Shown here: piece after piece, positions 61,801-64,000 of the stretch
How positions within the stretch are numbered: position 1 is the first letter of the stretch
Layout: every line of letters begins with the position of its first letter
From: Nitrosopumilus sp.
GTDB lineage: Archaea > Thermoproteota > Nitrososphaeria > Nitrososphaerales > Nitrosopumilaceae
DNA length: 64,000 nucleotides
Reading direction: 5' to 3'
Assembly (NCBI GenBank): GCA_965207445.1
Contig: CBDBLX010000002.1
Coordinates: 1,047,849-1,111,848 of the forward strand
The notes under the pieces: generated by a model
What the model was told of the DNA's origin: nothing
Database searches by the model: none
The model's input: the letters and a program-made list of their open reading frames with translations, nothing else
Translations under genes and position numbers: made by a program

Positions 61801-62140
61801 GTGCCTTTTGTTGTGAGAATGGATTGAATCCTGTAGTGTAATCATCAGTAGGGTTTGCATACAACGAATAGATTGCTCCACTTGAATGATCATAAATGTC
61901 GTGTCCAGCATCGGTGACGGTTTTTATTTGCTCACCTGTTATAGTGAGATAGTATATGTCAATATTATTTGCCAAAAGATTCTCAATTGCAATAGATTTG
62001 TTGTCTTGTTTGAGATACGTCAACGTATCTAGATATGCACCACCCACTTGTGCTTTAACATCCTCAATACCTGCAACCGCAACAACTGCAAATATTGCAA
62101 GTACAACTGTGCCAATAATTACACCATGCGTCATGCTCAT
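58877..62140 (-). CDS. Fused substrate-binding protein: family-5 peptide SBP plus LivJ-like (class I) SBP
   Basis: NPF....RFALNYMIDR and WHNGQPM..NDI in the N-terminal part; IGALTSITG, VAGP, LFRLLPD, YAYDTIWL, G..ELNSNGD in the C-terminal part. Confidence 0.85.
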   Translation of the reverse strand: MSMTHGVIIGTVVLAIFAVVAVAGIEDVKAQVGGAYLDTLTYLKQDNKSIAIENLLANNIDIYYLTITGEQIKTVTDAGHDIYDHSSGAIYSLYANPTDDYTTGFNPFSQQKARFALNYMIDRDSVVRDILGSGSPMISAIPPHSFDYISIHRNLESFGFTYDLAKANMLFEEALEPIGAVKSADNKWYYDNQPIEITIFIREDDANRKQIGQLLADDLESIGFTVNRQYGDLLLAYQTVYASDPADQQWHLYTEAFGNYGYGRYDDSLLGTFYAPWYNNVPGGEEETFWQYQNEDIDRLTIELYTESYTTLEERAELVVKATTLGVTESVRVFIATERTSYPVRSEVTGVVNLPASGILNRYTPLNVQLSDDDTNLNIGVRHISQGSWNPIGGLRDSYGLEIWSLLRDTSYIRDPYTRELVNARNELISVQTNGPDEKLGVPSSAIIWNSETNMWTAPEVTEATSKIRYDLKLANWHNGQPMDINDILYLFVFDPESMTMMSETDLATDQYTDLDVSRDIVAIDVIDDDTIDVYLDYWSQDEADIVTRASLWPTVPWEIYIAMNEVVSNGDADWYAEVAQANSGNWFDMLDSADAELALVHLRAFKDANNEMHVPVFLYQNATFDYVSERYNASISWIEDKNHLVISNGPFYLSGEIGRDSTDSITSMIVKKFDDSTYPFGVGYWSEIIDAKSLSGSVTIGALTSITGNAFKYGQDMQAGFELAESHFNEYLTVRDENWSLNIRYLDTGTNPSTVLSHLMALNNEGIKIVAGPSIDLITPDVINYANDNDMVLLSCCSSVPSLSIEDDALFRLLPDQHKHGQAIVDVMRHQSAGISHIIPVGIQAAWSVELLDATKTAFERDGGTSDDIIYYEYLFDDVGTVSDDTNARTVYMQAAQELATVVQDAIEEHGVHNVAVFYTGFGESPEFLSAASEYDVLDDIRWFGADQNTADPNISENPISTAFANRVQFTVLQPTVHENAINQEIVAHLMQNGIDPSPYVHYAYDTIWLLGLSLLSAQTDDSTNVENVIIDTSAQYVGAIGSTELNSNGDLKDTPYQAWMMSDADWVPYNNDDFSMSMYMPKICR

Positions 62141-62257
62141 AATTCAATTATAATAATAATGTGTTAAATATGTAGCGCAGTTTATTTAATCTGTTAATAT
62201 GCACATAGAGTTATGCAACACACTAGAAATACACAATATAGATAATACAGTCATGTA

Positions 62258-63694
62258 TTATAACAAGATTATCTCAAGCCGTACAAGTATAAAGAATATT
62301 GCAAAAACTGCCAAAAACCCGACACCAACAAAAGCAAGCGCCTTGAGCCATGATGGAGGCTGTGCATATGCTACAAGATATCTACCCGTAACCAGTCTAA
62401 AATTAAAGAGCGCAATTACAGGTGCGATTAAAAACGATACAATAGTTGCAAAGTCAACAAGTTCCTTGAGTTTATCTGCAAACATAGTCACTACCACAAA
62501 AGAGCCTGAAACTAATAACAGGATGTATAGTGGATATCTCCATCCTTTAGAGTCGTCATGATATTGGTCAACATAAAGGTGTGAACTGTCTTGGGTGTTA
62601 TAATTATGATCATGTGTATCTTGCAAATCAGACGTGGATATTTTTTTAGAGTCCTCAACATATGAGTCAGACTGATTGCTGTCAGATACGCGTTTGTTTG
62701 AGGAATCAAACGTAATGGATTTAGTAGTGCGCGTTATATTTGCAATCATCTTTGTCATTCTTGATAACGCTCTAGAATACCCATCAAGTACAGCAATAAT
62801 GGTTCCAAACATTACACTAAATGCAGAAGCAGATATCAAGAGTCCGCTCCAGTCACCTACTGTCTCAGTGTATAATGATATTATCATTGCTGCAAATTGT
62901 GCATTGTTGTTTGGAATAGCCTCACCACTCCCAAAAAAGATGTACGCACCAAGTGTTAAAAATACAACTGCAAGTACGGCAGTTATTAAATACCCAATGT
63001 TAAAATCAAGTAGAGTCTCTCTTAGATGAGGCTTAAATTTGGTCTGTTTTATTCTCTCAAGGGTCCAGAGGCTATGCCACGTAGCCGTGTCAATGGGCAT
63101 GGGCATCCATCCCATAAGAGCTATCAAAAAGAATATTCCTGCACCTGTAAATATTTCTGGAGGCTCAAAGTCCGGAACAGGAGTAATTGGTCCGTTGTAG
63201 AGTGCAACTACAAGAGCCAATATGGTCGATACGATCAAAACAGATGCGATTATCTTTAAGAGTCCATCAAGTATGGTATATCTGCCTATAACAAGTATAC
63301 TTGCACATATTGCAAACAAGATTACAAGTGTCCATTCATTTAAAAATTCAACTGAGAATAGATTTTCCATAAATCCGGCAGTCACAAATCCTACTGCGCC
63401 CGTAACAAAGAACATGGAGACGACTGTGACTGCAAAATAAAGCAGTAAAAATGGTCTTCCCAACCTAAGATATCCATCTATCATACTAGTGCCAGTCGCA
63501 TTTGTGTATCGTGAACTGAATTCATAAAATGGATACTTTAACACGTTTGCAAGTATGACAAATACCACTAGAGCAAATCCAAATTCTGCACCTGCTCTAG
63601 TAGACTGCATAAGATGAGACACGCCAATTGCAGTACATGCAAACAAGAGTCCGGGACCGAATGTTTTGATCATGTTGGAGATTTGGGGCAACAC
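62258..63694 (-). CDS. Nramp-related divalent metal transporter
   Basis: GPGLLFACTAIGVSHL..STRAGA, GWMP.P.D, multiple TM helices. Confidence 0.85.
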   Translation of the reverse strand: MLPQISNMIKTFGPGLLFACTAIGVSHLMQSTRAGAEFGFALVVFVILANVLKYPFYEFSSRYTNATGTSMIDGYLRLGRPFLLLYFAVTVVSMFFVTGAVGFVTAGFMENLFSVEFLNEWTLVILFAICASILVIGRYTILDGLLKIIASVLIVSTILALVVALYNGPITPVPDFEPPEIFTGAGIFFLIALMGWMPMPIDTATWHSLWTLERIKQTKFKPHLRETLLDFNIGYLITAVLAVVFLTLGAYIFFGSGEAIPNNNAQFAAMIISLYTETVGDWSGLLISASAFSVMFGTIIAVLDGYSRALSRMTKMIANITRTTKSITFDSSNKRVSDSNQSDSYVEDSKKISTSDLQDTHDHNYNTQDSSHLYVDQYHDDSKGWRYPLYILLLVSGSFVVVTMFADKLKELVDFATIVSFLIAPVIALFNFRLVTGRYLVAYAQPPSWLKALAFVGVGFLAVFAIFFILVRLEIILL

Positions 63695-63800
63695 ACAAAT
63701 TTTTTAGTATATAATTAAAATTGTTTGTATGTAGGTTTCAGTATGTAGGTTTCAGTATGTTAGTAATTCACAATATAATTATCTACATGTGTTTTTTATC

Positions 63801-63881
63801 GTAACCGTTCAACCCTCATACCTGCTCCAGATGTTAGGCAATGAATTTGTGCCTAAATTTGGGAAGGGGTTGAACGGTTAT
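63801..63881. mobile_element. MITE family B, copy 5
   Basis: GTAACCGTTCAACCC...GGGGTTGAACGGTTA. Confidence 0.85.
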
Positions 63882-64000
63882 ACAGAGATCATTATGATCC
63901 GAAAAATGTGCATAGTTTTTTACTTTATGTGCGCTTCAAAAAGTAAAATAGTTACATATTTTTACATATGATTTTTTCAGGCATAAAATCGTGTAAAATT

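Overview
64 kb of a Nitrososphaerota (thaumarchaeal, Nitrosopumilaceae-like) chromosome. The lineage call is inferred from the archaeal proteasome beta subunit, TrmI, PUA protein, long double-domain ThyX and typical thaumarchaeal hypothetical genes. A host-associated (sponge-symbiont-like) lifestyle is suggested, but not proven, by Calx-beta-like surface proteins, heavy IS/MITE load and gene decay. An AT-rich backbone carries housekeeping genes (trmI, nnrD, M20 peptidase, psmB, hom, msrB, thyX, pduO, tRNA-Phe, dppBC, SNF2 helicase, serB, sod, Nramp). It is interrupted by visibly GC-richer cargo blocks and many mobile elements: two 1671-bp IS630 copies around a secreted-protein gene, an intact single-ORF IS66 with an 8-bp TSD, IS66/IS5/IS1595/ISH3 remnants and several MITE families. 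Main observations: (i) three unrelated loci with CRISPR-like geometry (25-37 bp direct repeats at a 71-73 bp period) and no cas genes, one of which frameshifts a transposase; (ii) repeated Panacea-like antitoxin + PIN toxin pairs, two with a VapB-like tail, whose toxins are all broken; (iii) a 47-bp promoter shared by two otherwise unrelated secreted-protein genes; (iv) IS66-type ends marking cargo junctions without TSDs; (v) low-complexity loop insertions in core enzymes; (vi) a C9 tract that may phase-vary a surface protein. All product calls come from motif recognition by eye. No database search was run.
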